64,000 nucleotides of DNA from Monosiga brevicollis MX1. Its lineage: Eukaryota. The stretch is taken from positions 1,211,628 to 1,275,627 of the forward strand of contig NW_001865044.1 in assembly GCF_000002865.3 (NCBI RefSeq). The letters are read 5' to 3'. The notes below the pieces were generated by a model. The model was not told where the DNA came from. It saw nothing but the letters and a program-made list of their open reading frames with translations, and did not search any database. Every line of letters begins with the position of its first letter. The first letter of the stretch is position 1. The translations under genes and the position numbers were made by a program. Shown piece by piece: positions 45,511 through 59,800 of this stretch.

Positions 45511-46110
45511 AGGCTACCTCATCTCCCCTTTGTCTAATTTGTTGTGCGCACAGCGTGCGTAGCGAAATGTTATCGCGTGATTGTTAGCGTGAACGATTTG
45601 GAGCATCAGTGCCTGGCAACCCATCCCGGGTCGCTCGTGTGGCCGGGGCACGTGCAAGCGTCGTCCTGTTTTCGCTGCCTTTTTGTTGTGTTGTTAATTT
45701 TACTCTTCTACGGCGGCGGACAACCCGCCTCCATCGCCCATTTGATTTGCCACTTAACATGGAAATTGATCTTGACAGTGTGTCGCCTTTTTCATTGTTG
45801 GATCTGTGGGTTCGGAAACCGGAATTTGGTCTTGACTGTGGTTGGATGGATTTCTTCCGCAAGGAAATCTGGCATTGACATGACAGGGCGTCTTCCCAAT
45901 TATCACGACAACGGAGTAAATAAGACCCCTCGCAAAAGAAAGAAAGAAAAAACGACAAACGACCCACAACAAGAGCGCCCAGCGCTTATGGGAACACAAG
46001 AAAGGCCCATGCCATTGTTCAAGAGCCATACGGGAGCTTCAGAGAGGACACCTCATGAACAAAGGAAACTAGATTCGAGTCATCTAGCAACCACATCGAA
46101 TCAGTCTGCT

Positions 46111-48833
46111 TTAACGGGCACCACGAAGAGTGGTGCGAAGAGCATGACTGGCTTCGACCACGGTGGGTTGTGCCCGAGCCACGCGCGAGTCTCCAACTGG
46201 CACGTTCCTAGAACAAGGGATGCAGCATCACCAAGCTTGTCAGTGTTGGTTCGGGAACGGCAGGGCGGTTGTGGCTATGCAGCGATGCCATAGAATATAA
46301 CATGTAAAAAAAAAAAAAAAAAAAAAAGATCCTGGTACGTACATAGGCGCATTGGTGCGGCCATTGACAATGAGCAACGTGTTGTCCTGGGCCAAAACCT
46401 CCTCGCTGACAGAGATACCATCCAGATACTGCTTGAGAATGTTACGCAGCTCCGTGTTTTCTTCCTCAAGCAGGGCGCGCTCGCGCTCGACTGCCAGTTT
46501 GTCGAGAAGAACTTTGTTGTACCGCTTCCAAAAGTTGGACAAGGCCTCGTAGGTATGGATGCGGCGATTTCTGCGGTCGTAGGCGACTGCGTGCAATTGC
46601 GTGGGTCCGGGCAGCTCGGCCCGTGCTTGGCGGGCCAGTGCTTCATCATCCATGGTCGCTGAAGCCTGTGGGAGCCCGCTCTCACCAGAAGCAGCGGTGG
46701 GTTCCGCTGCCATGTCTGTAGAATGGTGGGGCGCTGCCGCAGCTTCGGCCTCTTCTGTTTCGCCCCCTGCCTGCTCCTGTTCTCCTTCCGAAGCAAGGGC
46801 TTCCTTTTGGGCCTGCAGCTGTTCGACTTCTTCCTCAAACTCTTCAACTGCGGCTGCTGCCATCTGAGCTGCTTCAGCAGCAATGTCAGCGTGTTCACCC
46901 TGACCGGCAACAATGGTAGCTGCATCCGCCTGCGTTGTCTCCGCGGCTTCATTCTGCAAGCGCTCGACTTCATCATCTGTGATTGTGTCTGCATAAAACG
47001 GCAAAACCTGGCATGCCGAAGCGGGTGAGGATTGGCCCGCTAGCGTTCGAATCAAGAAAAGTCATCATGGCAGACCAAAAGGCATGCTGAGCTCCGGCAA
47101 ATGACGAACCTTTTCTTCATCTGATTCAAGTTTGCGGCAAACTTCGGCCAAAGACAAGACTTTGCGAGCTGCCTCAAGTTTGGCCTGCAACTTTTGCTCA
47201 CACTCCTTGGCTTGCACTGCAATGGTCGCCAGCGCCCGGCGGTCCCGTTCGCGGGTGCGCTTGAGGCGAGCCTTGAGAGCATGTGCCTGCTCAGTAATGG
47301 CCGCCTTTTCCTTGGTGAGCTCCCTGCGGTGAAGAGAAAGAAACGGAGACAAGGTGAGGCGGGTTTTGGCAGAAAGCAAAGAAGCGGCTGCGATACGCCA
47401 TCGTACGTGTTTCGATCATCGGTACCAGACGAAAGAGACGCGAGGCGCTGCTTCAAGGCTGCAATTTTCTCGCGCAAGTTGGCCAACTTTTTCATCTGGC
47501 TTTCAATAGTGGCGGCCGCCTAAACAGGTCAAGGAGCACCGGGCAAGCCGAACAACCTTGGGATGAGATATTCACGTTCAGCTGGGCGGAACCTTGGCGG
47601 GAGGCAAGCCTGATACCTTTGAGTCCTCGGCTCGCAAGCGTTCAAACTCTGCCCGCTTCTCCGCTGTTGAGGTCTCGTAATGCTGAAGAGCAGCTTGGAA
47701 CTCATCCCACAGCTCCTTGATTTGGCCTTCGAGATTGGCTTTGAGAGAAGTCTTTTGGTCTAGGCTGTTTGAGCGCAGCTCGTCTCGACGGCTGGCAAAT
47801 TCAGATTCCTCTGCGTGAACCTTGTCGTCGTTGCTAATGTCCATGGCATACACAATGTCCTTCAACTTGGCCATGTCTTGCTGGTGCAAGCCCAAAATGT
47901 GCTATCAGGTTGGGGTCAAGCCGGGTGGGTGAGGACACGACCAAGGCCTTCAAAAAGACAGAAGTGAATCGAAGGTTTGCAGGTAGACGATGCAGGGGCC
48001 TACACAAACCTTGCGCTCTTGCATGAATTCGCGGCGAAGGGCCTCAAGGTCACGGGTAAAGTCGCCGTGAAGATGATCGACTGTTTCACGATGAAACTCC
48101 ACAACGCGGTCCAGCGTCTTCATGTGCGAGCGGGTAGCGATTTGCTCCTGTATTGGAAAAAGACGGGGCAAGGATTAGCTTGGATGACCAGCGATGCACG
48201 GTCCCGTTGGGCAGAAGGAGGGGAGGGCACAAGGAGCAGGCGCGCCTGTTTCTCGGCTTCATTAAGCTCCTGAATGCAGGCTTGCAAGACCGCTTCCTTG
48301 CGATCAAGCACCCGTTCAAAGGTCTGTGCCAGAATCTCAATCTCCCGCTTAAGCTCATCGCTCTTGGCTGTGAGTAACATCAATCAGTAAGAATGTGGGC
48401 GCGGTTGTGGCACACAGCATGACACGGTATCGAGTCCAGCCCCTGCCGGCTCAAGCGCGATCCTCGACAATGTCAGGCGTACCATCGCGCATGATGGCCA
48501 TCCATTGGGCGTTGATTTTGTGCAAAGCAGCCCGGGTGTACTTTTCTTCGCGAGCTAGCTTTTCCTACACACCCAAATACGGAGAGTAAGACGAGGAAGG
48601 CGGCCGCACAAGCACCGGGGGCGACCGACGAGTGGCGCGGAACAGCGGCGTGTGGAGTTGATGTGAGACTCGTGTGCCCGCTGCGTCGCTCGACATGAAA
48701 TCATGAGGGCTTGACGCACCAGAAGCAGCTTCTGAGCAGTTTCGGCTCGTCGCTTGTCGAGTTCCATTTGTGCATGTCGCTCCTGATCCTGAAGCGCCTG
48801 CTTCTCCGCATCGGAGAACCCTGCCGCCGCCAT
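46111..48833 (-). CDS. DRC2: Dynein regulatory complex subunit 2 (CCDC65)
   Basis: KINAQWMAIMR, ELKREIEILAQTFERVLDRKEAV...LNEAEKQ, and C-terminal LSNFWKRYNKVLLDKLA...ENTELRNILKQYLDGISVSEEVL..NTLLIVN. Confidence 0.9.
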
Positions 48834-49112
48834 TTCGGCAGTCGGCGGTCGTCGTGTGTGGATGTGTGTGTGTGTGTGTGCTGAAGTGTCGGTAACCAAG
48901 ACCCTTTGTTTACAACAGCTGTTGAAAGCAACTGTGTGATTCAGGTACACTCAATTGCTGTTTTTGACACTTGTTGCGGCACACGCGTTCAATCACTGCT
49001 ACCGTAAATTGATATGTCTCTGCAATAACTCTTCATTTCTTCATGCCATTAGCATAGCAGTTCGACGATAAGTGCTATTTTTTCGTGTAAAAGTCTCGTC
49101 ACCCCAAGCACA

Positions 49113-49113
49113 C

Positions 49114-49153
<40 letters not shown>

Positions 49154-49186
49154 TTTGTCAGACGATTTGTGACCAAGTGACCGCGT

Positions 49187-49218
<32 letters not shown>

Positions 49219-49225
49219 GCTCTCT
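49113..49225. repeat. (CA)n and (CT)n microsatellites in DRC2/EBP2 divergent promoter
   Basis: Directly visible. Confidence 0.95.
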
Positions 49226-49436
49226 CGTGTTTTTCTGTCGTCGCGCTGCTCGGGGTTCGCTGCTCGGGGGTCGCGTTGTCGTGTTGTCGCCTGGTGCTGG
49301 GTGCCTGTTTTTGGATTGTGTGTGAGGCGAGAGCGGGGAGGGGGTTGTCAGGGCTCTGTGTGGCATTTTCCTGCGGGTGGTTGGACGTGAGGAAGCACAC
49401 GCGCGTGGGCGAGGACCAACGAATTAACTTGGCAAG

Positions 49437-51056
49437 ATGGCTGATGAGTGGGACTCGGATGATGATTATGCGAGCGGCGGTGAGGATGTGCTGCCAGAGC
49501 TGACGGATGAAGAGGTACGTTCGTGTCTCCATGCACGTGTCTTTGCAGGCTTTGTGTGTAGACCTCTAACTGTTCGCCGTACACGCTCACGGAACCCTGT
49601 TTTGTAGCTCTTGCAACGCTTCAAGCAGGGTCATCTGAAGGGGTCTGTGCGCATGCAAAACCTTGTGGCACAGGCAGCGCAGCGTCGCATTGTTCCCGCC
49701 AACCGCACGGATGCGCTGACTTCCAAGCGCCATGCTATCGAGGTCCGACTGAATCGTTTCTGATTGTGCTTCTTTTTCTATTTTCTTCTTCTTCTTTAAA
49801 TAAAAAATCTCCGAGTCGCCGCCTCTTTGCCCTATTTTCACGCGTGGCTCACCACTCCAACATCTTGCTTATCACCTGTGTATTGGGCATGTGCAGCTTT
49901 TGCCAACTCTGCCCTGGCCAGAAACTTTTGTTCTGGAGCAACCAGCCCTTGATCCGGCCCTCGACCCCAACGACGACTTTAAGCGCGAGGATGCCTTGTA
50001 CGTTTCACTTCATCTCTTTATTCGCCGTGTGTACCTTCTCTTCTTCAGTGACCAATCCTCTCATATCGTTTTTTTTTTTTTTTTTTGCCATGGCCCGACT
50101 CGACATTTAGTTACATGCAAGCCTTTCGTGCCGCGGAAGAGGCTGAGAAGCTTTTGAAAAAGCACGGCATTGCTAAAACTCGCCCCGCTGATTACTTTGC
50201 AGAAACTGCAAAGTCCGATGGTACGCCCGCTGTACTCTTGCTCGTTCACTTTGCAAAAACACGAGAGAGCTGGGAAGAACAGCACAGTCGCACTAAAACG
50301 GCTTGCAAAAGAGCTCCCATGGTGGTGGGACATGTCTCGCTCATCGGCATGACGCGCTCACCGACGTCGTCGTTAGATCACATGGAGCGTGTGCGTCAGA
50401 AGCTGCTCAATGATCAAGCATCTGCCGAGGCCTCGGAGCGCGCCAAGAAGCAGCGCGAGATCAAAAAATACGGCAAGCAGGTCCAAAAAGAAGTTTTGGC
50501 CAAGCGCCAAGCCGAGAAGAAGGCCGCCATCGAGTCGGTCAAGCGCCGTCGCAAAGGTGGGCGCTTTTGCCCACGCACGTCCAAGCGGTTCAACTCAACA
50601 ACGCCAAGCTCATCACACCAATTACTCTTGCATTTACTTTTTCTTGCATCGACTCGCAGGCGTGCAGCAGCAATTGCGTGCTACCGATGATGCCTTGGAC
50701 TTTGATGTTGATACCTTCCATACGGAACGAGATGATCAACAACCACACCAAAAGTCCGCAAAGCGTGCCAAAAAGGTCGGCATCAACGTGCTCTCTTGGA
50801 CTGGCCTTCCATGCTTTTGATGTCTCACTGTGCTTTGATCGTGGTGCCTTGACTTTAGGATGCCAAGTTTGGCTTTGGTGGCAAAAAGCGTATGGCTCGC
50901 AAGAACACGGCCGAATCCGCTGCCAGTGGCAAGGGTTTCAGCCAGCGGGCCAACAAGAAACCTTTTGCCGGCACACCTGGTGCACGCCCTGGAACTCGCA
51001 AACCTGCCAAGCGCCCCGGCAAGGCGGCTCGCCAAAAATCCAAGGGCCGCTCCTAA
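49437..51056 (+). CDS. EBP2: rRNA-processing protein EBP2
   Basis: LPWPET, NDDFKRE, YMQA, TRPADYFAETAKSDDHMERVRQKL, QREIKKYGKQVQ, DAKFGFGGKKR...NTAES, KRPGKAAR. Confidence 0.93.
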
Positions 51057-51435
51057 GTGGAGCCCCACTTTTTGTCGTCCCATTCTCATGCCCTTGATGA
51101 AACCCGCTTCTGTTTCATTCCGGTCCTTTGTGCCATGTTTGTCGTCACGAGTTGCTCTTGATTGGTTGTTTGTCTGATTCTGTTTTTCGGAAAACATCAA
51201 CTTTCTTGCCGATCTGATTGTCGGAAGTCTGATTTTAGTGTACGTCTTCAATGCAGGCCACAACGCCTGCCCCATTTTCTCTTCTTTCTTTCTTTTTTTT
51301 TTTTTTTCTTGTTGCTCTTTTCTTTGCCCTTCCCACGCTATTCTTTTTGTCCCCTTTTTTTTCTTGCACACACCCGACAGGATTGCAATGTCAATTTTGT
51401 GCTTTGCCCGCTTTGTCTCATGAGGCCAAGTTTAT

Positions 51436-53826
51436 TCAAGCCTTGAGTCCAAGGCAGGGCAATCCCACAAGTGTCATGCATAGATCCAGCACTGGCGTTG
51501 GCTCCTCCTGGACCGAGTTGGTCTCTGGCACCCCGTCGGTTTCAGTTGCAGCGGCAGCCGCCGCCGCTGCGTGCTGTGTCTCGAGAAATGTTTTAACGGG
51601 TTCATTGGCTCGTGCTGCGCAGAGCGCCACGTCCAATGTGACCTGACGACTGCCCTCGAGCAAAGCCTCGCCCCTGCCATGGAAACGCAACAAAATGTGT
51701 AAGCATTTGCGGCTGAACATGCAATGCCGCACAGCAGCCCCTGCTCGTTGAGTTTGCATTCAACCAGAACAACAATTGATGGCAAAGGCACCACCACTTC
51801 TGCCTCTCTTAGCCCGTGAGTCCCAAACGTACTGTGCACAAAGCTGCTCCGGAATGGCGGGCGCCAGTGGCAGAACCACGGCAGCGTTGGGCAACGCTGA
51901 CAAAAGCAATGCTCTAGTCATGGCGGCCGTGGGGGAGGCGAGGCGAATCACCTCGCTACGCGGTCGTGGTAGGGAGGGCTGCGGCTCACAAAAGGCCTGC
52001 TCAGATGGGCCACAAGTTTTGGGACGCACAAAGGAACCAATTCATGAGGATATGGCAGCGGGGACAAAAGTTGTCATGGCATATTGAAAGTTGACATCAA
52101 GTTGACGTGCGTACCGTATGCAGAGCGATGTACAGGGTAGCGCTTGGCAACGTAGCCACGTCATTCTGTCGCTCATGGCTACATGGACCGAGCTCCATGA
52201 CCAAGCCACGTTTTAGCTGGGCAGACTGCATCAGCACTGTCATGTCAAATCCGGGCCCCAAGGGCGGTGAGACACATCCTCAGCCGTCAAAACGCGGAAG
52301 AAAGCAGAGCCGAAACACAAACCTGTACGATCATGTGCGCCGCAAGACGTGTTGATAGTACCCCAACCTTTGGTGCCCATGACCTTTTGAAAGCGGGCAC
52401 CAACTTGGTCCAGCCCGAACGGCGAGGGCCTGGCGCATGGTAAACCCTCGTTGCTATCTGTTGAGACCAAAAGCAGCGGATCTGTTGGTTCTATCGAAAT
52501 CGACTCCTTCTCCATAGCCGGCGGTTTTTTGCTGTCTTTGCTGCTCTTGGTCGTCTGAGAGTACAAACATTTACGGTAAGCGGGTGCTTGATTGAGACCG
52601 ACAAAACCAATTTCAATACCCCTGCCATCTGCCATCTGCCTGAATCATTTCACCAAGTACACCCTGCAAATGCCAAACTCACCTTCTTGTCTGTTGTGGG
52701 ATCCAAGGGACGAAGCAGACCATAGCGGCTCGCTGCCAGCACGAGACTAAAGTCAAACGCGATTCGTGTCCGACCCTGTGCATATCAAGGCCGCACGAGT
52801 CATACGAGTTTGAATGAGAGCAAAGACAGCGCGAGGGCACGAGGGTACGCGGGCGATGGCTCAATGTACACACACGCGCCCGCACACCACACCACACCAC
52901 ACCACAGAGCGCAACACAGCACGTACCATTACATGCGACGAAGCCCACACCGCACACATGGTGTTGAGCTCAGGGTTGGCGCACACCATGACCGTGCCCC
53001 GTTCGGCAGCATCGTGAACAACGGCAAAAACAGGCTGCAAGCATGCCTGTCGAGCTGCCTGAGCCTTGCGCACTGCGTCTTCGATGGCGGCAGAGTCCAC
53101 GTTTGCAGCATGTGGCTCGTTGGCCATGTTGGCCATTTGCATGGCTTCGTGTTGCAAATCCAGCGCTCGCGACAAACTTGCGGGTTCCATGGGAACGGAC
53201 AACCACGCCTCACAAGCGCCGTGACGCACTGCCACAGCGTGAACAACATCTAAATGACAAGCGTACATACGCAGTCGATTGAGGCCAAATATTGCCCCAA
53301 CCAAAAACTTGCTGACGAGGTCCGAGGCTCTTTGGTTAACGCACCGACGCTACTAAGTAGAATGACTGCCGCCATGGTCGTGGGGGCGTAGAGTTCAGTG
53401 CAGACTTCAGTCAAATGTTCCATGGGCAAGAAACGTTCGGCTGCACGCGAATTAGCCTTGAGCACGGTTGTCGCCCTCTGGCGCACATAGTGCCAAGCAG
53501 GCTGAAGCTCGTGTTGCGATCTCATCCACAAGCTCCAGGCAACCCGCTCTGCAGTTCCCACGCGCAAACGCTCCCGCCACGCCACCTGCCCGAGGCAAAG
53601 TGTATCCAATGCCTGCCCCGGTTTACCCGGCCGTGATAGATGCATTGAATAAGAACACGGGCGAATACTCGCCCATAGCGTGAGAGACGACGCAACCCGC
53701 ACATACCTGAGCTGTGCAAAGCTGTCCCGCTGCGCGACGTCGATCAAACACCCGCTGGCTCTCTGCCACCGCGAGTACTATGCGTGCAGTCTACAACCCA
53801 CGAACCAGGTCCAAGGCTGAAACAGT

Positions 53827-53871
<45 letters not shown>

Positions 53872-56800
53872 GCTGCGCAAGTTTGCTACACATCGAGGGA
53901 CCCACCTCTGGCTCGATGGGCAAACAGTCAAGATGATCAAGGGCGCGCTGAAGACAGGTGGCAGCCTGATCACACGTATCTTGGAGTGCACGGGTACTGG
54001 CATCATCTGCCAAAGAGCGAGCTTCAAGATCCAGTACATCAGCGTTGTGGTCCAATAATTGAATGGCCACCATGCGCGCCAACAGCTGGGCGCGACGCAG
54101 CTCAGCGCAGGCAAGTTCAGGGCCATAGGCCTGGTGGGCCACGCCCTCTGGCAAACTATCCAGCAAGGCCGTTCCAGATGTAATGGCAGCCACGCCCACG
54201 TCACCGGCCGTGGTGATGACTTCCATCAAAGATCTCGTGGCCTCGTCCCAGCTCTCTTCACCAGGCGCCACGTAGGCAGCGACCTGATCTTCCGTGTTCT
54301 TCTGCTGCTGGGCTTGCTGCCACTGCACCCGCTGTGCTCGAAATTGGGCCTCGTGAAGATGTTGACACACCCTAGTCCACACAAGCGTCGCAACGTCACA
54401 CCGCATCCAGATCTGTGAGGATATCAAAGTCGACGACATGGCATGCGTGATTCTGCTCAAGAATTGCTAGCACTACCACCGTACCGAGCCACTAGCAGCT
54501 TGCTGCGAAGGAAGAGATGGGTCGTGTCTTGACGGAGACGATCTGACTGCAGCTCCACATGCTCTGGCGCCTCTGCACGGTCGCAATACTCGTCAAAAGC
54601 CTGGTCATACAGCCTGTGAGTGTGTGTGTTGCATGCTTGAGGACATGGCTGTGCTAAAATTGAAATTAAGATAGCGCTCTGTACCTTGCACACAAGATCG
54701 TCGACAGCTTGAACGGCATCATGCAACCCCACAAGCGGCATCACTGCTTCTGTGTGTTGCGTGCCATTGCTAACGAGCCACGCCACCACCCTGTATAATG
54801 ATGCAAGCATGCATCCTGCTTTGTAAAACCGCAAACCACAGCAGAGTCAAGGCCTTGCGAAGCAAGCACGGGAAGCTTGGACTCACGTCTCTACGGGAGG
54901 TCGGCACCGCTCCCACAACGTCGACAGGCCGGACAAGACAGCCTCGGCGCCGTACCAGAAACCTCCCAATTCCTGAAGACACAATGCAGGTGCACATGCA
55001 AAGACATCGATGTCCAAAATAAGATGATAAAAAGTGAGGATGGGAAACAGGGTAAGTCGGATCGCTGTGAGCTACAGCAAGCTGAGCTCTGCAATTGCTT
55101 CAGCGTCAACGCACCGGTGGGGTAGACAGAGCTTGGCGCACATGATGCTCCAAACTAGATGCGTTGACAATCGACGCGTCGACTACAACTCGCGCAAGAT
55201 GGTGTGTGGCTGATAGGGTTGGGCTCGCGCCTGGCGGTGGCGCTGCAGCGGGCAAACAGCCATATTGAAGCCCCAAAAGCAAGAGGGTGCGATAGGTTGA
55301 CTCTGCTAGAGCCGATCCAGGGGGCAATGCCCATCCCAAGGGCTCAGCCGCCTCGTACGATGCAGCTCGAATCATGACCTGCAAGTTCTGGACGCGGGCC
55401 GTGGAGGTCTCGTCTTGGGCCTCGAGCGCCAGCTCGCGAGCCTCGGTACAGAGGGCATGCGCACCGGCGAGGTCACCGAGCAGCAAGCATAGTTCAGCCG
55501 CTGAGATGAAACGCAGATACAATGGATAGTTGTCCAGAAGTCGGGGCAAGCCTGCATCCGTCACCAAAGGTTTCCTGCAAACGCAACACAAAAGATGAGG
55601 TTTCTTCGCGGCTTGTCAGGCCAAGCACCACCGAAACCCGACACCACAGAAAAGGGGGATGGACCAAAAGTTCGGGGAACAACAGGCGTGGCCAAAGTCT
55701 AAAGGCTGTGGTGCCTCGGACCCACGCACTTGGCTGATGTGACTTGCAACCAGGCAGCTTCGCGCATATCACAGAGAGCCAAGACCTGAGCAGCCAATGT
55801 CTCTGGAACGACATCTTGCCCGAGCCGTGCCTGCACGACAGCCAGTTCCAAGTCAACTTCATGGCGCATGGCTGCCTCGTTTGGCGCCAAAGCTAAGAAG
55901 AACACGCATGCCGATGCAGTATTGGCATTCATGAGCACGCGGTAGGCTGTGCCCATTCTCTGGCCGCTTATCACCTCTGCAATTCAACAGACCTGGCGCA
56001 CAAAGTAGCTGAAGCAGCTTGAGCGGTGCCAATTCAAAGGCAGTAAAGTAGTTGAGTCGCAGTGTACGCAGCGCATTGAGCAACAGAAATCGGAGCATAG
56101 GCAGCATATTTTCAGCAGGTCCGAAGAGCAACGCGTCTGCGCCGACTTGGATATCATCCAACGGGTGCCAGCCCAGCAAGGCTTGAAGATCGGCCGGAGG
56201 CGGTGAGGAAACCTTGGCCAAGGGCACGCTTCCTGCCGTCGTGTCTGCCCCATGCGACTGGACTCGCGCTTGCAGCTGACCCAGTAGTTCAACACTGGCC
56301 CGATGCAGGTCAAAGGCGGTAGCCTCTCCAGTTTCCGAACTGCTCTGCATCTTCAAGCAGAGCATTTTCAAGCGAGCAACTCGACGGTCATCCTCGCTGG
56401 CTGTGCTTGCAGCCAGTAGTGCTTCAAGCTCCTCCATGCACGTGTGCACGGCGTCATCAAGCCCATGAAAGGTCACCAACCGCGCACAACGACTCAGTTT
56501 GAGGCGCAACAGAGTGGCTGCAGCTTCAGCATCCTTTGCTGCCTCTGCTGCCAAAAGCTGCTCAGCACGTTCTAACGACTCCATCTGCATAACGCACGTG
56601 CCACACACAAGTGCGCGCGCATGACATAAGACGCAACGTGCACGCATCAGTCGAATACCGTTGTATACTCTTTGATGACACAAGAACAAGACGGGTGACC
56701 CCCGACTCGTTGTTCGACAATCTTGACTGGCATACCTGCTTGACGGGGTCTTGATGAAGGTTGGCAAGAGCCGACCAAATTTGAGCCTGCACCGAGCCAG

Positions 56801-59800
56801 ATTCATGTCGGAGCTTGTACAAGTCTCGTTCGACGTCCAATCCTAGCAGAGCATTTCACGGATCAACCTGCGTGTCATGCGGCATCGAGGGAACAGGTCT
56901 CCCTCACGTACCTCGCTTTACTTTGCAAATGGTTCGCAAAATCAAGAGAGGTTGTGCTGCTTGCTGTGGCAGCCGTTTCTGTGATAAAGACCCAAAAGAG
57001 AGAGGTTAAGAAGTAAGCGGCTGGTTTTAGTTATGTTGTTTTTTGTTTTTGTTTTCCGCTGCAAAACATAAACCTGGATCCCCCCCCCTGAGCACGCGCG
57101 CAAGCTCAGTACAAACCAGAGCCGCGTCGATAAACTCGACGGCCGATTCAAACTCTTCCATCTGGGTCATGATGCTGATAGTAAAACGGCTGATGTCAAT
57201 CAGAAGAGCTACAACGCCGGCATCGGCCTCGCGCTTGCCCAAAGCCTCAAACGCCTGTCGACACGGAGCGCATGCAAGTTTTGTTTGTCATGACATGTTG
57301 CACGATTGAGGCAGGCGTGATCCCGTCAGCAAATTACAACCCCGCATCAATGGTGGTCCCAGGCGGGTATACTCACAGCTAGGCAGGTCGTGGTCAGAGG
57401 CTGCAAAAGAGATGCAGCGGCCAGTTGACTCTGACGCATGAACAGAAGCACCTCCCAAAGTGCGGCAAGGCTTTGCATTAAGAGGCGCGGCTGGCGGCTT
57501 TTGAATGCCACTTGGCACGCCGCAACGCCGTGCGCAACGGCACGAAGCAGATCCTGCACATGGGCGCGCCCGCGCACAGGCACTGTCTGATCTATCAAGT
57601 CGGCAAGATCATCCGGTAGCTCCACGTCGGCAATGAACTTGGCGCTAGCCAAACGCAATTCAGCTTCTGATGCTACGGCATGGGCCGCGACGCTGGCCTC
57701 GGCTACAAAAGCTCTGTTGGCTGTGATGCGACGCCAAACATCGAAACACGCCGAACCGCGAAACACGCCGAACCGCGAAACAAGGCCGTTCCGTGAGAAG
57801 GCCGAGGCACATGAGAACTCGCATCACAAGTCTGATTTCTTGAGAGAGCATTGTTGACGTTCGCGTACACATACCGGGCGTTTTGGTGTCAAGGCGCTGT
57901 AGCAAGGCTAGAGTCAGCTGCGCCGCTTCGCCACTCAAAGTCACCTGCTTACTTTGCAGTGCTTTAACAGCCACTGCACACCACAGGCGAGCTCGCAACG
58001 TTTTAGAAAACGTGGGCCCCTTTGTGTCACCCTTGCCTGCTCGCGCCACACACGCCTTGAGGTTTACGGCCAAGCTTTGCAATTCGTCTAAATGACCGGG
58101 ATGGGCAATGAGTATCGAAGTACTGTGGAATCGAGCAAGCATAAAATCGAGCCTTTTTGCGGACACCGAGCTGTGTTCAAATCGGCTCGATCAGCACGTA
58201 CCCGCGGTGGTCGTGGGTTTGGCCAGCAACTGATGAAGCTTTGATAGCGTGGTCACGTGAATATCTGCGAAACGGAGGCAGGAATGGCTTGTGAGGACAA
58301 GTTGATCTCAGCGACGCCAGGGCTGCGCACCCATGTACACTGTGGCAAGCAGCATACCAATGTCCCCGGTACATGAGAAACTCATTTCAAAGCGGCTGGC
58401 CAGGCGCCAAGCAGCCTCAAGGCAGCGATCCAAAATGCCAAAAATGGACTTCGGGGAGGAAGCATGTTGCAAGTGCTCGGCAATCTCCGTCAAGGCTTTT
58501 TCAGAGTGCTGCAGCAGCAAGGTGACGACGGGCAAGGTGGACTTGCTTGAAGCGGCACGACCTGAGGGCGCGTCGGTTCCCAAAGGTACCGAGTTCAGAT
58601 CGCCTTCACTCTAAGTCAAAAGTCACCATGCAAGAGGCACCAAGCAGTTGATTTAGCCCACAGTCGACGTCCATGGCGCACATTGCGTTGCATTGTATCA
58701 ACAAAGACTCACCAATGAGCTGGCCATAGTGCAGGCAGCAGTGAGCAGATAAAGCTGCATGCCAAACAAACTGGAGGCCTCAGCACGATATAAGCGGAAG
58801 GTCTCCAGGGTACGAGAGGCCAAGGCCAGTGCACGAAGAACCAAGCCCAAAAGGGGTGCGGTTGGGCGCGTCGTCAAGCTTTCGCCCGCGTAGTTCCAGG
58901 TGTACACAAGAGCATTTCGGACCAGCCAATGGAGTTTTAGGTCGTAAGCCAGTTGGCCACCGCGCACAAATCTGCAAACCAACAATCCAAGGATAGGCGA
59001 TAGAAACACGGGTACAAGGATGAGCAGCATTCAAGCTCCGTGAACTATGCAACACGCGCGCTGCGATCGAAAAAAAAAGAAGAAGAAGAAGAAGAAGAAG
59101 AAGAGGTAATGAGTGAGTAGGAGCTGATACGCACAGGTCTAGCGACTGGAGTTGCAATGCAGCAAATGACTCGGGGATCATTTCTGGTGCAACACCAATC
59201 AGTTGAGTCAGAGCTTCGCCAGCATGAAAATGTAGTTGGGCAGCTTCAAGATGCAAGCCGTCATCCTGATCAAGCACCACGGCGCTGGCAGTGTCTCGCT
59301 TGGCTTTGAGCTGCGCACTGCCGGCACGCGTGGGTTTTTTTAACGAGCCAGCACTCGCCACCTGTTGCGCACCAGGCATCATTAAAAAAAAAAGGTTAAA
59401 AAAATGAATGGGCTGTGACGCTTGGTCGGGGTGACATCATTCGAGGGGCGCAATGTTTGTTCTGTACAACGGCATGCCGCTTGACACCACCGACCTTGAT
59501 GCCAGCCAAGCTTGCTGCAAGAGCGACGTCCCAAGCTTGAAGACGCCGAGCCTCGTGGGTTAGCTGTGCCCACAGTGTCAAGGCTTCCGAGGGAGGCACC
59601 ACTGGACGAAAGATGACAAACGCATGCACAGTGAACTCACACATGAGTCGTCCCTGGCTCTGTTTTCGCTTTGCGAGTGATGAACCTAGCCCACACATGC
59701 CCAATGACAATGCCAAGCTCACACACCGTTGTCGTTTCGAAATTCGCCTTCTTCCAAACCCTCGATCGTATCCAAAAGCTCAAGAAAACGAAGGCTGGTG

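Noticed and set aside
57743..57782. 17-bp tandem duplication GAAACACGCCGAACCGC
   Set aside because: Two copies in an apparent CFAP46 intron; ordinary slippage or assembly duplication
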